Virus record (IMG/VR): IMGVR_UViG_2574180019_000010
Span: 1-39,851 of that record
Source of the DNA: a virus
Lineage: Duplodnaviria > Heunggongvirae > Uroviricota > Caudoviricetes
Length of the DNA stretch: 39,851 nt
Strand: one strand, 5' to 3'
Shown: positions 27,841 to 38,076 of the stretch, piece after piece
Layout: each line of letters starts with the position of its first letter
Position numbering within the stretch: position 1 is the first letter of the stretch
Position numbers and translations under genes: made by a program
The notes under the pieces: generated by a model
What the model was told of the DNA's origin: nothing
The model's database searches: none
What the model saw: the letters and a program-made list of their open reading frames with translations, nothing else

Positions 27841-28132
27841 TGTTTGCCTCCTGGAAAATAACTGCATGCCCCAGTTTCTCCGCCAGCGCCAGTTCTGCCT
27901 TAGCGCCTGCTGACCGCTGCCAGCCTTTCAGCATGTAAATCGCATCCACACAACGAATCATTGCCATGCAAATATCCATGTAGTGTGGCTGTGTCAGCCC
28001 GTCTGGAAGTACTGCCGGGTTTAAGACTGTATGCCCTTCCCGTTTCAGTTCCTCTTCCGCCTTGTGGAACGCCTCACGGTTGAAATTTTTATACCCGGTC
28101 ATCGGACCAGCGATATAAACCCTCACCCTCAC
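27833..28132 (-). CDS. DUF4406-like protein, nucleoside 2-deoxyribosyltransferase-like fold
   Basis: 99 aa; motif YIAGPMTG near the N-terminus. Confidence 0.45.
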   Translation of the reverse strand: MRVRVYIAGPMTGYKNFNREAFHKAEEELKREGHTVLNPAVLPDGLTQPHYMDICMAMIRCVDAIYMLKGWQRSAGAKAELALAEKLGHAVIFQEANSE

Positions 28133-28569
28133 GCCATCACCTCCTGAAAATTACCCTGATAAAACGCCAGCACTCGCTGCATAACCTCACTCTTCCGGCA
28201 CTCGCGGCAGATTATGTTCTGGCTCCTGTCGTAGCGGCGTATTTCTCCGTCTGGTAACGACCAGATAAGGTCCGGATCAACCACAGATGTTTTTTTCTTC
28301 AGCTTTGCCCTTGAGAGTTTTTTGCGGGCATTTTGCCAGTCCTTACGAGCCTGCTCAGACGGGAATAATCCGTAGCCTGAATTGTAAACATCACCACTGG
28401 CGACCAATTCTCTGGCGAGAGTGCTTATGTAATACCTTGATGCACCGGTTTTAGCCTCCAGAGCCCGTAACGTCTCGCGACCGCTCAGACGTACAAGTTC
28501 AACAACCTGCCCTTTAATTTTTTCCCGATCTTTTGGTGTAAATACTTTTGCCATAAGCGCCTCCGGCAA
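28129..28569 (-). CDS. Hypothetical DNA-binding-like protein
   Basis: 146 aa. Confidence 0.35.
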   Translation of the reverse strand: MPEALMAKVFTPKDREKIKGQVVELVRLSGRETLRALEAKTGASRYYISTLARELVASGDVYNSGYGLFPSEQARKDWQNARKKLSRAKLKKKTSVVDPDLIWSLPDGEIRRYDRSQNIICRECRKSEVMQRVLAFYQGNFQEVMA

Positions 28570-29382
28570 TCACTTTTCCGACACAATAAGACTGGAGGAA
28601 TCTACAATCTGTCGGACAATATCCCGGTACTTGTTCAGCTCCCGCAGCGCGGCGCAGACTCGCTCCCACTTCTGGACATGACTTTTCGCCCGACGCAGTT
28701 CGCGGTTTGCCATATGCAGCGATGGTAAAATCAGGTCATCCGATCGCGTTTCGGTGAACGATGGCAGCGACTGCACAATGTCCGCCACAGTTTCTGTTTT
28801 AATATCTTCCTGTGTTGCAGCTTCCTGTACTGGTAACGCAACACATGCAGGCTGAGGAAAGGCTTTACCATCAGTTTCCGCTACCGATGCCGCTTTCGGC
28901 TCTGCTGGTAAATTATCGCCCGGTATGCAGTAACGAAATTTACCGCCCTGATTTACGCGAATCAGACGACCTTTGCTGATTGCCATTGCCAGCGTTGAAG
29001 CCACTTTGCGTGATGTGGTACCAAACAATGTAGCCAGCTCATCAGCCGTTTGTGGTCCGCGTTGTTCAATCGTCGCGGTTAAATCGCACTCTGAGATTTT
29101 CGCTACTGTTGCTGTGGTGGTTTCTTCCGGCAGTTCTGCCTGCGCTGGCTGTTCCTGCTGAACGTTGTTATCAGCCACACGCCAGGTGTACGCGCTTTTA
29201 TCAACAAAACCAGCCTTTTTCAGTTCCCATAGTTCGTTCAGCACTTCTTCACGACTGATATCAAGTCGCGCAGCAAGTTCTATGGATGTGGCTTTTCCCA
29301 TTGCTTTCAGTGCGTCAAAAACAGTCTCCATTAAATTTTTCTCCCGGTAAAAATTACTTCGCAATTCCTGGCTGGACGACAT
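28570..29382 (-). CDS. Hypothetical protein with winged-helix-like N-terminus
   Basis: 270 aa; start uncertain (29382 or 29331). Confidence 0.35.
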   Translation of the reverse strand: MSSSQELRSNFYREKNLMETVFDALKAMGKATSIELAARLDISREEVLNELWELKKAGFVDKSAYTWRVADNNVQQEQPAQAELPEETTTATVAKISECDLTATIEQRGPQTADELATLFGTTSRKVASTLAMAISKGRLIRVNQGGKFRYCIPGDNLPAEPKAASVAETDGKAFPQPACVALPVQEAATQEDIKTETVADIVQSLPSFTETRSDDLILPSLHMANRELRRAKSHVQKWERVCAALRELNKYRDIVRQIVDSSSLIVSEK

Positions 29383-30100
29383 TCGGACGCCAGCTCTCCC
29401 AGTTAAAATTCACCCAACACCCGCCGTTCATGGTCATGCGATCCATAATCCTCTCGCCGAGCAATGTTTTCATGGCCTCATAGTTCAGGTTTGTCAGCAT
29501 TCCCACGCTACGCATCGACGCTGTCCGTCGATCAATAATCTGGTGCAGTACCACCTGCTCGTTTTTCGTCTCGCGCTGAATGCCAATTTCATCAAGAACC
29601 AGCAGATCCACTTCGCACAGCTCCCGCAAAAATTTTTCGCCTGACTGCCCGTCGTCATAGCTGGCGTGCAGGGCGCTCATAACATCAGCCACGGTAACCA
29701 CAATCACTGTCTGACCGTCTTTCAGCAGGCGATTCCCGATAGCTGCCGCTAAGTGATTTTTCCCGGTACCAGGTTTTCCGCTGAACGCAAAATTTGTACA
29801 CCCGGTCATCAGTTCATCGGCGATGGATTTCGCCTGGCTTAACGCGTATCGCTGCCCTTCGTTCTGCACCTGGTAATTCGCAAACGAGCATTTGCGGTGC
29901 AACGGCTGGATGCCAGAGCGATTCAGGATTTTTTCCACCCGCAACTGACGATTCAGGCGGTTGATCTCCTCGCAACGTTTCTGGCCTTCAGCAAGTTGCC
30001 ACTCGCGCCACTCCGCAACCGTTCTGAATGGGGCGGTTACATGTGGTGGGGTCAGTCTGCGGATACGCTCCAGAACGCCTCCTGTCGCAATATTTTTCAT
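29354..30100 (-). CDS. Replication helicase loader, DnaC-like ATPase
   Basis: 248 aa; Walker [10 protein letters not shown] and Walker B LLVLDE; follows the initiator-like gene. Confidence 0.7.
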   Translation of the reverse strand: MKNIATGGVLERIRRLTPPHVTAPFRTVAEWREWQLAEGQKRCEEINRLNRQLRVEKILNRSGIQPLHRKCSFANYQVQNEGQRYALSQAKSIADELMTGCTNFAFSGKPGTGKNHLAAAIGNRLLKDGQTVIVVTVADVMSALHASYDDGQSGEKFLRELCEVDLLVLDEIGIQRETKNEQVVLHQIIDRRTASMRSVGMLTNLNYEAMKTLLGERIMDRMTMNGGCWVNFNWESWRPNVVQPGIAK

Positions 30101-30106
30101 GGTCCG

Positions 30107-30895
30107 TTACCCCCTGAAGCCTGGCGGGATCGCACTGTCCGGCAACGAGACGGTGTTAACCTGTCGGAGCAACGTCTCAGGCCGAACACCTTTCGGCACG
30201 AACAGGCCCTGGTATTCATTGGCGATGCTGTGTCGAATCACCTGCTCAGGTGTAAAACCCTGCTGACGGAATTTTTCCAGCTCCCGTATCGCCCCGTTAG
30301 CGCCCTGCTCCGTTCGAATCGGTTTTCGCAATGCCTGCCTGAACTGAACCCACTCATGCCAGAGTGTTTCCGGCAACCAGTCAGGCAGCTCGATAGCCTC
30401 CGGCTCGAATTTTTTAGACGCTCGTTTTTGGCGAGGGGGATTTAGGGGGAGATCAGTATTTATATCTTCCTCTTCCTCTTCCTCTGGTAACGCTTTTTGA
30501 TCCGTTTGTGTAACGCTGGCAGCGTTACCTTTTCGTTTCAGTTCGCGTATTTTTGTTACTCGCTCGTTTGTAACCGCCCGTTTTTTAGAGCTTTTCCCGT
30601 TATGACGTTCAAAGTTAGGTAGAGAAAGCCCACCGTCATTTTCGATCAGCCATCCAACCTGAATTAACGCATCAGCAAAACCAGCCATAAAAGTGATGCG
30701 ATCTATTGCACTTTTTGTAACGCCGCGAGCGTTACAATCTGCATTACCGTCTATCATTTGTTGATCCGCCCATGCCCAGAAGCGAATAACCTTCCCTAAT
30801 GCGGCATCTGGATCAATATTCAGAATCTCAGCAAGCCTGAATATTTCCGGCTTATCCGGCGTAATAACCTCGAGCTTTATCCAGTTTGAAGCCAT
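30107..30895 (-). CDS. Replication initiation protein, YdaU/DUF1376-like
   Basis: 262 aa; acidic EEEEEED linker; contains repeated palindromes. Confidence 0.5.
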   Translation of the reverse strand: MASNWIKLEVITPDKPEIFRLAEILNIDPDAALGKVIRFWAWADQQMIDGNADCNARGVTKSAIDRITFMAGFADALIQVGWLIENDGGLSLPNFERHNGKSSKKRAVTNERVTKIRELKRKGNAASVTQTDQKALPEEEEEEDINTDLPLNPPRQKRASKKFEPEAIELPDWLPETLWHEWVQFRQALRKPIRTEQGANGAIRELEKFRQQGFTPEQVIRHSIANEYQGLFVPKGVRPETLLRQVNTVSLPDSAIPPGFRG

Positions 30896-30931
30896 TTGTT
30901 TTCACCTTGTAACGCTCGCAGCGTTACATTT
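30486..30931. repeat. Repeated TTGTAACGC...GCGTTACA palindromes; candidate origin or operator sites
   Basis: 19-bp palindromes at 30510-30528 (perfect), 30716-30736 and 30908-30928, plus half-sites at 30486-30493 and about 30570. Confidence 0.5.
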
Positions 30932-30972
30932 AACTGATACCGAACAAAACAATCCGGCACGATCAATTTCAA

Positions 30973-31395
30973 TCAATGCACTACGACAGAATCGCCGGGC
31001 GACCCACCACCGCTGAAATGTGCTTTCCGGTAAACGGCCTGGACTGCATCATCATGCGCATCAATTGCCGTACTCAACGCTTCCTGCGCCGCCAGTAATG
31101 CACGGCGTTCCAGGGTATCGAAGATGCAGAGTCGGTGACGCAGCTCGCGCGGAAGAATTGCCAGAACCGCAGGGATCAGTTTCTGAATTTTTTCCCTTTG
31201 CGCTTTCGTTTCACCTTTCAACCAACGGTGATAGATATTCTGCTGATTGTTCCAGTCCTTGCCTGGTACAAGGGGCAATTCGCCGCCCCCCTGGCGCAGA
31301 TATTCTTCAGTAATTGCGTTAGCGACCCACGCCTGCCCTTTTTCGGCTGCCAGGGCTAACAACACTGATTCGATGTGCTCATGCCTGATTTTCAT
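30973..31395 (-). CDS. ydaT: YdaT-like protein
   Basis: 140 aa; start MKIRHEHI and C-terminal GGSPGDSVVVH resemble recalled K-12 YdaT; coupled to the ydaS-like gene. Confidence 0.5.
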   Translation of the reverse strand: MKIRHEHIESVLLALAAEKGQAWVANAITEEYLRQGGGELPLVPGKDWNNQQNIYHRWLKGETKAQREKIQKLIPAVLAILPRELRHRLCIFDTLERRALLAAQEALSTAIDAHDDAVQAVYRKAHFSGGGSPGDSVVVH

Positions 31396-31634
31396 GAATC
31401 AACCGCTCCTATGCTGTTTTCGCTATGCTTACCGTCTGGGGGGAATACATCGTCAAGTCCACAATGAGCGCCAAGCCGATTAAGGGTAGAAACAATTTTT
31501 CTGCACTCCTCTAGTCCAGGGGTACGAAAATTTGCTTCGTAATTTGCCAGTCGGCTTTGTATCCACCCTAACTGAACAGCAAGTTGTCTTTGAGACAGCC
31601 CAAGCTGTTTTCGATATGTTGAAATTTTGTTCAT
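31392..31634 (-). CDS. ydaS: YdaS-like Cro-type HTH regulator
   Basis: 80 aa with HTH LGLSQRQLAVQLG; divergent from the racR-like gene. Confidence 0.55.
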   Translation of the reverse strand: MNKISTYRKQLGLSQRQLAVQLGWIQSRLANYEANFRTPGLEECRKIVSTLNRLGAHCGLDDVFPPDGKHSENSIGAVDS

Positions 31635-31658
31635 TGAAAACCTCCGATGACAATTTTA

Positions 31659-31719
31659 AACACACCTTGTGTTATATGGTCAAGCTGTTTTGTGTTTTAT
31701 GTAAATCACGATTCGTGAT
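31659..31719. promoter_or_regulatory. Divergent control region with operator-like palindromes
   Basis: AACACA-CCT-TGTGTT at 31659-31673 and ATCACGA-T-TCGTGAT at 31705-31719. Confidence 0.45.
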
Positions 31720-31730
31720 ACAAGGATGCA

Positions 31731-32150
31731 ATGGAAAAAGAAAACGAAAAAATTGCCGCTAGTAGGCTCAATGACAAAATTGCAATGCGTCTTAAAGAGC
31801 GCAGGCAGAAGCTTGGTTTATCTCAAGGAAAACTTGCTGAAATCTGCGGATGGACGCAATCGCGTATAGGTAACTATGAGGCGGGCAGCAGAAATGTTGG
31901 AGTGCATGACGCTGTCGTATTGGGAAAGGCACTTGGCATATCTCCTCCTGAGCTCCTATTTGGAGAACAGGAATCTTCTGAATTGTGGTTAAATGAATCC
32001 CAACGAAAACTTCTTGAGTTGTTTAACCAGCTACCGGGCTCAGAACAACAACGAATGATTGAGCTATTTGAAGTCCGGCTAAAAGAAATCGATGAGTATG
32101 TAGAAAAATATTTGAGAGGCAGGCTTAAAGATAATCCCCCACCGGAGTAA
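31731..32150 (+). CDS. racR: Prophage repressor, RacR-like
   Basis: 139 aa with HTH LGLSQGKLAEICG; SD AAGGA; divergent from ydaS/ydaT. Confidence 0.6.
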   Translation: MEKENEKIAASRLNDKIAMRLKERRQKLGLSQGKLAEICGWTQSRIGNYEAGSRNVGVHDAVVLGKALGISPPELLFGEQESSELWLNESQRKLLELFNQLPGSEQQRMIELFEVRLKEIDEYVEKYLRGRLKDNPPPE

Positions 32151-32180
32151 TGATCTTGCTATCACAGTAATATGCCAATC

Positions 32181-32205
32181 AGCCCGCTATCAGCGGGCTT
32201 TTTTG
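32181..32205 (+). terminator. Rho-independent terminator after the repressor gene
   Basis: Stem AGCCCGCT / AGCGGGCT followed by TTTTTT. Confidence 0.7.
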
Positions 32206-32232
32206 TACCATCATCATATGACACTCACCACA

Positions 32233-32275
32233 AAACACATTTCGTGTTGACACAAGAAAACACATTGTGTTTAAT
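32233..32275 (+). promoter_or_regulatory. PL-like early-left promoter with overlapping operator palindromes
   Basis: -35 TTGACA (32247-32252), 17-bp spacer, -10 TTTAAT (32270-32275); palindromes at 32233-32247 and 32258-32272. Confidence 0.45.
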
Positions 32276-32455
32276 AAGCATATCCAAACAACGCCCCACC
32301 AGAGAACGGCAGGACAATACCTCGAGTTATCCAGCCACTGAACAGGGCTAAGTAGCCAGCCTGAGGCATACGAACATGACGGCAGTTGTTGATTGATACA
32401 AAGCGCAGTAGATAAAACGTTCCGCCACCCGGCGTTAAGGGGAAATGAGGTCAAC

Positions 32456-32608
32456 ATGGATACTATCGATCTTGGCAACAACGAATCTCTGGTATGTGGC
32501 GTGTTTCCCAATCAGGACGGCACATTCACCGCCATGACGTATACCAAAAGCAAAACGTTTAAAACCGAAGCTGGCGCACGTCGCTGGCTTGCCAAAAATA
32601 CCAGCTAA
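32456..32608 (+). CDS. Small YdaF-like protein
   Basis: 50 aa MDTIDLGNNESLVCGVFPNQDGTFTAMTYTK; SD GAGG. Confidence 0.4.
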   Translation: MDTIDLGNNESLVCGVFPNQDGTFTAMTYTKSKTFKTEAGARRWLAKNTS

Positions 32609-33016
32609 ACCATTTATTGGATTAATTCAATATTCTTGCTGTAGGGGTATAGCCGAGGCCACCAAAGCCCGGAGGTGGTGAAATAAAACCGGGCACAACA
32701 CCAAGGCGCATTTCCGGTATCCATAAAGAGTCGGTCTTGTCTGTTAAATTTAAATGGTGGGAGTGCGCCTCCGGTTGTAAATAACGACATTGCTATGTGT
32801 AGTCTTTGGCGGCATCAGTTCTACTCCGTGGCTGCCCTGCCGCCCCTTTTTAAAGTGAATTTTGTGATGCGGTGAATGCGGCTAAGCGCACGCGGCACAG
32901 TTAAAAGCATCAGTGTTATGGGTGGATTATCCGGCGTTAATTGTTAACTGGTTAACGTCACCTGGAGGCACCAGGCACCGCATCGACAAAATTCATTTGT
33001 AAAAATGGAGATAATT

Positions 33017-33238
33017 ATGATTGCTCATCACTTCGGAACTGATGAAATACCACGTCAGTGTGTGACTCCTGGCGATTATGTTCTTCATGAAGGTCGGACA
33101 TATATCGCCTCGGCAAACAATATTAAAAAGCGAAAACTTTATATTCGTAACCTGACTACAAAAACATGCATTTCTGACTGCATGATTAAAGTCTTCCTCG
33201 GTCGTGATGGTTTACCTGTAAAGGCGGAGTCATGGTGA
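33017..33238 (+). CDS. kilR: KilR cell-division inhibitor
   Basis: 73 aa [38 protein letters not shown] matches recalled Rac KilR. Confidence 0.7.
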   Translation: MIAHHFGTDEIPRQCVTPGDYVLHEGRTYIASANNIKKRKLYIRNLTTKTCISDCMIKVFLGRDGLPVKAESW

Positions 33239-33408
33239 TGACTAAGAAAATAAAATGTGCTTATCACCTTTGCAATAAAGAAATTGAAGAAAGCAAAATC
33301 ATTACAAGACCACTTCATTTCATGCGTGGAGTTATACCAACGACGGAAATGAAAAAATATTGTAGTGAAATCTGTGCCGAAAAAGACCAGATGGCACACG
33401 AACTTTAA
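33238..33408 (+). CDS. ydaE: YdaE-like small Cys-rich protein
   Basis: 56 aa with CxxC...CxxxC; ATG overlaps the kilR stop. Confidence 0.5.
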   Translation: MTKKIKCAYHLCNKEIEESKIITRPLHFMRGVIPTTEMKKYCSEICAEKDQMAHEL

Positions 33409-33482
33409 TTAACTGACTATCCGAAACTGAATTTATGCCAGCAATGGCAGGGATTCTATCAATCTTAAAAAAGGAAACAGAA

Positions 33483-33779
33483 ATGAGCATTATTGAATGT
33501 GAAATTGAACTTAATGTCATTAACGATTCTCTCGCCGAATTCAAATGTGGGAATACATTACATGGTTTTATTCAGATTTCCCAAAAAGAAAACGTTACGG
33601 TAATTATTGATGGCAGTTACGTTCTGGGAACATTTGATTGTTATGTGTGTGCCATTAAAGAAGTCGCATTACTCGCAGCTCGTATTGAAGAAGCTGACAA
33701 GAAATACGGCATCAGTTATCAACGACTGAAAGAACTCTCAGGCATTGCATCATCAGTTCATTTCTTTTATGCAATCTGA
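33483..33779 (+). CDS. racC: RacC-like protein
   Basis: 98 aa; SD AAGGAAAC; immediately upstream of recE. Confidence 0.5.
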   Translation: MSIIECEIELNVINDSLAEFKCGNTLHGFIQISQKENVTVIIDGSYVLGTFDCYVCAIKEVALLAARIEEADKKYGISYQRLKELSGIASSVHFFYAI

Positions 33780-33802
33780 ATATGAGTTGAGGTTAAAAAA
33801 CA

Positions 33803-36454
33803 ATGAGCACAAAACCACTCTTCCTGTTACGGAAAGCGAAAAAATCATCCGGTGAACCTGACGTCGTCCTGTGGGCAAGCGACGATTTTGAATCGACCTG
33901 TGCCACTCTGGACTACCTGATCGTTAAGTCAGGTAAAAAACTGAGCAGCTATTTTAAAGCTGTTGCCACGAATTTTCCTGTCGTTAATGACCTGCCCCCT
34001 GAAGGTGAGATCGATTTTACCTGGAGTGAACGCTATCAACTCAGCAAAGACTCCATGACCTGGGAACTAAAACCGGGAGCAGCGCCAGACGACGTTCACC
34101 ACCAGGATAATGCTCAAGAAACCAAAGAACTGGCGGGAGGCCAGGAAGAAAACGCGCAGGCAGACGCCCACGAGGATTGCCAGGATTGCGAAGTCTCTGT
34201 AGCCACTTTGCGGTTCACACAGCGTCTTCTGCACATTTTTACGTATGCAGCCGGGGATCGGAAATACCTGCATCATGCCACCCGTGAACAACGCAAACAC
34301 ATTACTGCTCTTGAGATGGATCAGGAAAACAGCTATGTCCAGAATCTGCTGTTGGCCATACGCAGCATGGCAGAACCGACAACTCTGGATAATGCCGCCC
34401 TGCTCCGCCTGACTGATGCAATTAAGGCAGTGTTCTCTATCACGAAAAAACATCAGCCCTATGAATTTAAGAATTTCATTTCAGCCTGGCTGGATACCGA
34501 ACACATTGATCGCGGTCTTCTGACAAAAGAATGGCGAAAAGGAAATCGTGTTTCACGCATCACGCGCACGGCTTCCGGCGCTAATGCTGGCGGCGGGAAC
34601 CTCACCGATCGCGGCGAAGGTTTCGTTCACGATCTGACGTCACTGGCGCGCGACGTAGCCACTGGCGTACTGGCTCGTTCAATGGACGTGGACATTTATA
34701 ACCTTCATCCGGCACACGCTAAACGTGTCGAGGAAATTATCGCTGAAAATAAACCACCCTTTTCTGTTTTCCGCGACAAATTCATCACCATGCCTGGTGG
34801 GCTGGATTATTCCCGCGCCATCGTGGTTGCGTCCGTAAAAGAAGCACCAATTGGGATCGAGGTTATCCCCGCACACGTCACTGAATATCTGAACAAAGTA
34901 CTGACTGAAACTGATCATGCCAACCCTGATCCAGAAATCGTGGATATTGCCTGCGGTCGTTCCTCTGCCCCGATGCCGCAGCGTGTAACAGAAGAAGAAA
35001 AACAGGATGATGAAGAAAAACTGCAACCATCTTGCGCAATGGCAGATGAACAGGCAACGGCTGAAACAGTGGAACCGGATGCAACTGAACATCATCAGGA
35101 CACGCAGTCGCTGGATGCTCAGTCACAGGTAAATTCTGTTGATGCGAAATATCAGAAACTGCGGGCAGAACTCCATGAAGCCCGGAAAAACATTCCGCCC
35201 AAAAATCCTGTCGATGCAGACAAATTACTGGCTGCCTCTCGCGGAGAATTTGTTGAAGGGATTAGCGACCCGAACGATCCGAAATGGGTTAAGGGGATCC
35301 AGACTCGCGATTCTGTGTACCAGAACCAGCCAGAAACGGAAAAAATCAGCCCGGATGCGAAACAACCTGAGCCAGTAGTGCAACAGGAACCGGAAATAGT
35401 CTGCAATGCCTGCGGTCAGACTGGCGGGGATAACTGCCCTGACTGTGGTGCGGTGATGGGCGACGCAACATACCAGGAAACATTCGGTGAAGAGAATCAG
35501 GTTGAAGCTAAGGAAAAAGATCCGGAGGAAATGGAAGGCGCTGAACATCCGCACAATGAGAATGCTGGCAGCGATCCGCATCGCGATTGCAGTGATGAAA
35601 CTGGCGAAGTCGCAGATCCCGTAATCGTAGAAGACATAGAGCCAGGTATTTATTACGGAATTTCGAATGAGAATTACCACGCGGGTCCCGGTGTCAGTAA
35701 GTCTCAGCTCGATGACATTGCTGATACTCCGGCACTGTATTTGTGGCGTAAAAATGCCCCCGTGGACACTACAAAGACAAAAACGCTCGATTTAGGAACC
35801 GCTTTCCACTGCCGGGTACTTGAACCGGAAGAATTCAGTAACCGCTTTATCGTAGCACCTGAATTTAACCGCCGTACAAACGCCGGAAAAGAAGAAGAGA
35901 AAGCGTTTCTGATGGAATGCGCAAGCACAGGAAAAACGGTTATCACTGCGGAAGAAGGCCGGAAAATTGAACTCATGTATCAAAGCGTTATGGCTTTGCC
36001 GCTGGGGCAATGGCTTGTTGAAAGCGCCGGACACGCTGAATCATCAATTTACTGGGAAGATCCGGAAACAGGAATTTTGTGTCGGTGCCGTCCGGACAAA
36101 ATTATTCCTGAATTTCACTGGATCATGGACGTGAAAACCACAGCGGATATTCAACGATTCAAAACGGCTTATTACGACTACCGCTATCACGTTCAGGATG
36201 CATTCTACAGTGACGGTTATGAAGCACAGTTTGGCGTGCTGCCAACTTTCGTTTTTCTGGTTGCCAGCACAACTGTTGAATGCGGACGTTACCCGGTTGA
36301 GATTTTCATGATGGGCGAAGAAGCAAAACTGGCAGGCCAGCAGGAATATCACCGCAATCTGAGGACCCTGGCTGACTGCCTGAATACCGATGAATGGCCA
36401 GCTATTAAAACGTTATCACTGCCCCGCTGGGCTAAGGAGTATGCAAATGACTAA
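33803..36454 (+). CDS. recE: Exonuclease VIII, RecE
   Basis: 883 aa; acidic low-complexity middle; C-terminal nuclease domain ([22 protein letters not shown]); upstream of and overlapping recT. Confidence 0.8.
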   Translation: MSTKPLFLLRKAKKSSGEPDVVLWASDDFESTCATLDYLIVKSGKKLSSYFKAVATNFPVVNDLPPEGEIDFTWSERYQLSKDSMTWELKPGAAPDDVHHQDNAQETKELAGGQEENAQADAHEDCQDCEVSVATLRFTQRLLHIFTYAAGDRKYLHHATREQRKHITALEMDQENSYVQNLLLAIRSMAEPTTLDNAALLRLTDAIKAVFSITKKHQPYEFKNFISAWLDTEHIDRGLLTKEWRKGNRVSRITRTASGANAGGGNLTDRGEGFVHDLTSLARDVATGVLARSMDVDIYNLHPAHAKRVEEIIAENKPPFSVFRDKFITMPGGLDYSRAIVVASVKEAPIGIEVIPAHVTEYLNKVLTETDHANPDPEIVDIACGRSSAPMPQRVTEEEKQDDEEKLQPSCAMADEQATAETVEPDATEHHQDTQSLDAQSQVNSVDAKYQKLRAELHEARKNIPPKNPVDADKLLAASRGEFVEGISDPNDPKWVKGIQTRDSVYQNQPETEKISPDAKQPEPVVQQEPEIVCNACGQTGGDNCPDCGAVMGDATYQETFGEENQVEAKEKDPEEMEGAEHPHNENAGSDPHRDCSDETGEVADPVIVEDIEPGIYYGISNENYHAGPGVSKSQLDDIADTPALYLWRKNAPVDTTKTKTLDLGTAFHCRVLEPEEFSNRFIVAPEFNRRTNAGKEEEKAFLMECASTGKTVITAEEGRKIELMYQSVMALPLGQWLVESAGHAESSIYWEDPETGILCRCRPDKIIPEFHWIMDVKTTADIQRFKTAYYDYRYHVQDAFYSDGYEAQFGVLPTFVFLVASTTVECGRYPVEIFMMGEEAKLAGQQEYHRNLRTLADCLNTDEWPAIKTLSLPRWAKEYAND

Positions 36455-37256
36455 GCAACCACCTATCGCAAAAGCCGATCTGCAAAAAACCCAGGGAAAC
36501 CGTGCACCAGCAGCAGTAAAAAATAACGACGTGATCAGCTTTATTAATCAGCCATCAATGAAAGAGCAACTGGCAGCAGCTCTCCCACGCCATATGACGG
36601 CTGAACGAATGATACGTATCGCCACCACAGAAATTCGTAAGGTTCCGGCGCTAGGAAACTGTGACACCATGAGTTTTGTCAGTGCGATCGTTCAGTGTTC
36701 ACAGCTCGGCCTTGAGCCAGGTAGCGCCCTCGGCCACGCATATTTACTGCCTTTTGGTAATAAAAACGAAAAGAGCGGTAAAAAGAACGTTCAGCTAATC
36801 ATTGGTTATCGCGGCATGATTGATCTGGCTCGCCGTTCTGGTCAAATCGCCAGCCTGTCAGCCCGTGTTGTCCGTGAAGGTGACGAGTTTAGTTTTGAAT
36901 TTGGCCTTGATGAAAAGTTAATACACCGCCCGGGAGAAAACGAAGATGCACCAGTGACCCACGTCTATGCTGTCGCAAGACTGAAAGACGGAGGGACTCA
37001 GTTTGAAGTTATGACGCGCAAACAGATTGAACTGGTGCGCAGCCAGAGTAAGGCTGGTAATAACGGGCCATGGGTAACTCACTGGGAAGAAATGGCAAAA
37101 AAAACGGCTATTCGTCGCCTGTTTAAATACCTGCCTGTCTCAATTGAAATCCAGCGTGCAGTATCAATGGATGAAAAGGAACCACTGACAATCGATCCGG
37201 CAGACTCCTCTGTATTAACCGGGGAATACAGTGTAATCGATAATTCAGAAGAATAA
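36447..37256 (+). CDS. recT: Recombinase RecT
   Basis: 269 aa [21 protein letters not shown] matches recalled RecT; SD AAGGAG; 8-nt overlap with recE. Confidence 0.85.
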   Translation: MTKQPPIAKADLQKTQGNRAPAAVKNNDVISFINQPSMKEQLAAALPRHMTAERMIRIATTEIRKVPALGNCDTMSFVSAIVQCSQLGLEPGSALGHAYLLPFGNKNEKSGKKNVQLIIGYRGMIDLARRSGQIASLSARVVREGDEFSFEFGLDEKLIHRPGENEDAPVTHVYAVARLKDGGTQFEVMTRKQIELVRSQSKAGNNGPWVTHWEEMAKKTAIRRLFKYLPVSIEIQRAVSMDEKEPLTIDPADSSVLTGEYSVIDNSEE

Positions 37257-37300
37257 TTCAGCCTGGCGGTGTAATGCACCGCCAACGTGAGACAGTTTTT

Positions 37301-37507
37301 ATGACAAAAATTATGAGATATGACGATGTTAAACCATGTCCGTTTTGTGGTTGTCCATCTGTTACGGTGAAAGCAATTTCAGGATATTACCGGGCAAAAT
37401 GCAACGGATGCGAATCCCGAACTGGCTATGGTGGAAGTGAAAAAGAAGCACTCGAAAGATGGAATAAACGAACTACTGGAAATAATAATGGAGGTGTTCA
37501 TGTATAA
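37301..37507 (+). CDS. ralR: Restriction alleviation protein RalR/Lar
   Basis: Contains MRYDDVKPCPFCGCPSVTVKAISGYYRAKCNGCESRTGYGG; start may be 37313. Confidence 0.6.
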   Translation: MTKIMRYDDVKPCPFCGCPSVTVKAISGYYRAKCNGCESRTGYGGSEKEALERWNKRTTGNNNGGVHV

Positions 37508-37688
37508 AATAACTGCCACTATTGAAAAAGAAGGTGGCACTCCTACTAACTGGACAAGATATTCAAAATCTAAATTAACGAAATCAGAATGCGAAAAAAT
37601 GCTCTCAGGGAAAAAAGAAGCAGGCGTGTCCAGAGAGCAGAAAGTAAAGCTGATAAATTTTAATTGCGAGAAACTTCTGTCCTCGTGA
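37500..37688 (+). CDS. ydaC: YdaC-like small protein
   Basis: 62 aa MYKITATIEKEGGTPTNW; SD GGAGGT. Confidence 0.5.
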   Translation: MYKITATIEKEGGTPTNWTRYSKSKLTKSECEKMLSGKKEAGVSREQKVKLINFNCEKLLSS

Positions 37689-37794
37689 GTTGCATTATAT
37701 ACAAATTAGAACTTCATAGCTGATTATTAAAAATCAACCACACCCGCCAGTATTCTGTATATTTACTGGCGGTCATATCGTAAGAGGTATGGCA

Positions 37795-38076
37795 ATGAAT
37801 CTTGTGACACTCAAAACGTGGGGAAAACTCAGATATCCGGATAACCCACCATCAATATCAACGCTGAGACGATGGGCAAGGAATGGAAACATTTATCCTG
37901 CACCTGAACTACACGGGAGAAGTTACAGGGTGGTTCCGGAAGCTTTCTATATCAACCCAAATAAGGTTGATACCGATATAACACACCATCAGCCTAATGG
38001 GCGACAAGGGAGAGACAGTCCGTTACTGGAGAAGTTAAAACATGCAGCGGAAAAAATACGATCCCAATTTGCCTAA
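37795..38076 (+). CDS. xisR: Excisionase
   Basis: Lambda Xis-like N-terminus (TLRRWARNGNIYPAP); overlaps the int start. Confidence 0.55.
   Translation: MNLVTLKTWGKLRYPDNPPSISTLRRWARNGNIYPAPELHGRSYRVVPEAFYINPNKVDTDITHHQPNGRQGRDSPLLEKLKHAAEKIRSQFA

Noticed and set aside
30460-30482. Tandem CTTCCT hexamer repeats
   Set aside because: They encode the poly-Glu linker of the YdaU-like protein; too short and in-frame to be a CRISPR or other repeat element.
32179-32511. Minus-strand 110-aa ORF downstream of racR
   Set aside because: Spans the racR terminator and the PL-like promoter and runs antisense into the ydaF-like gene; implausible.
34067-36352. Several minus-strand ORFs inside recE
   Set aside because: Antisense to the long, well-supported recE frame; low-complexity translations.
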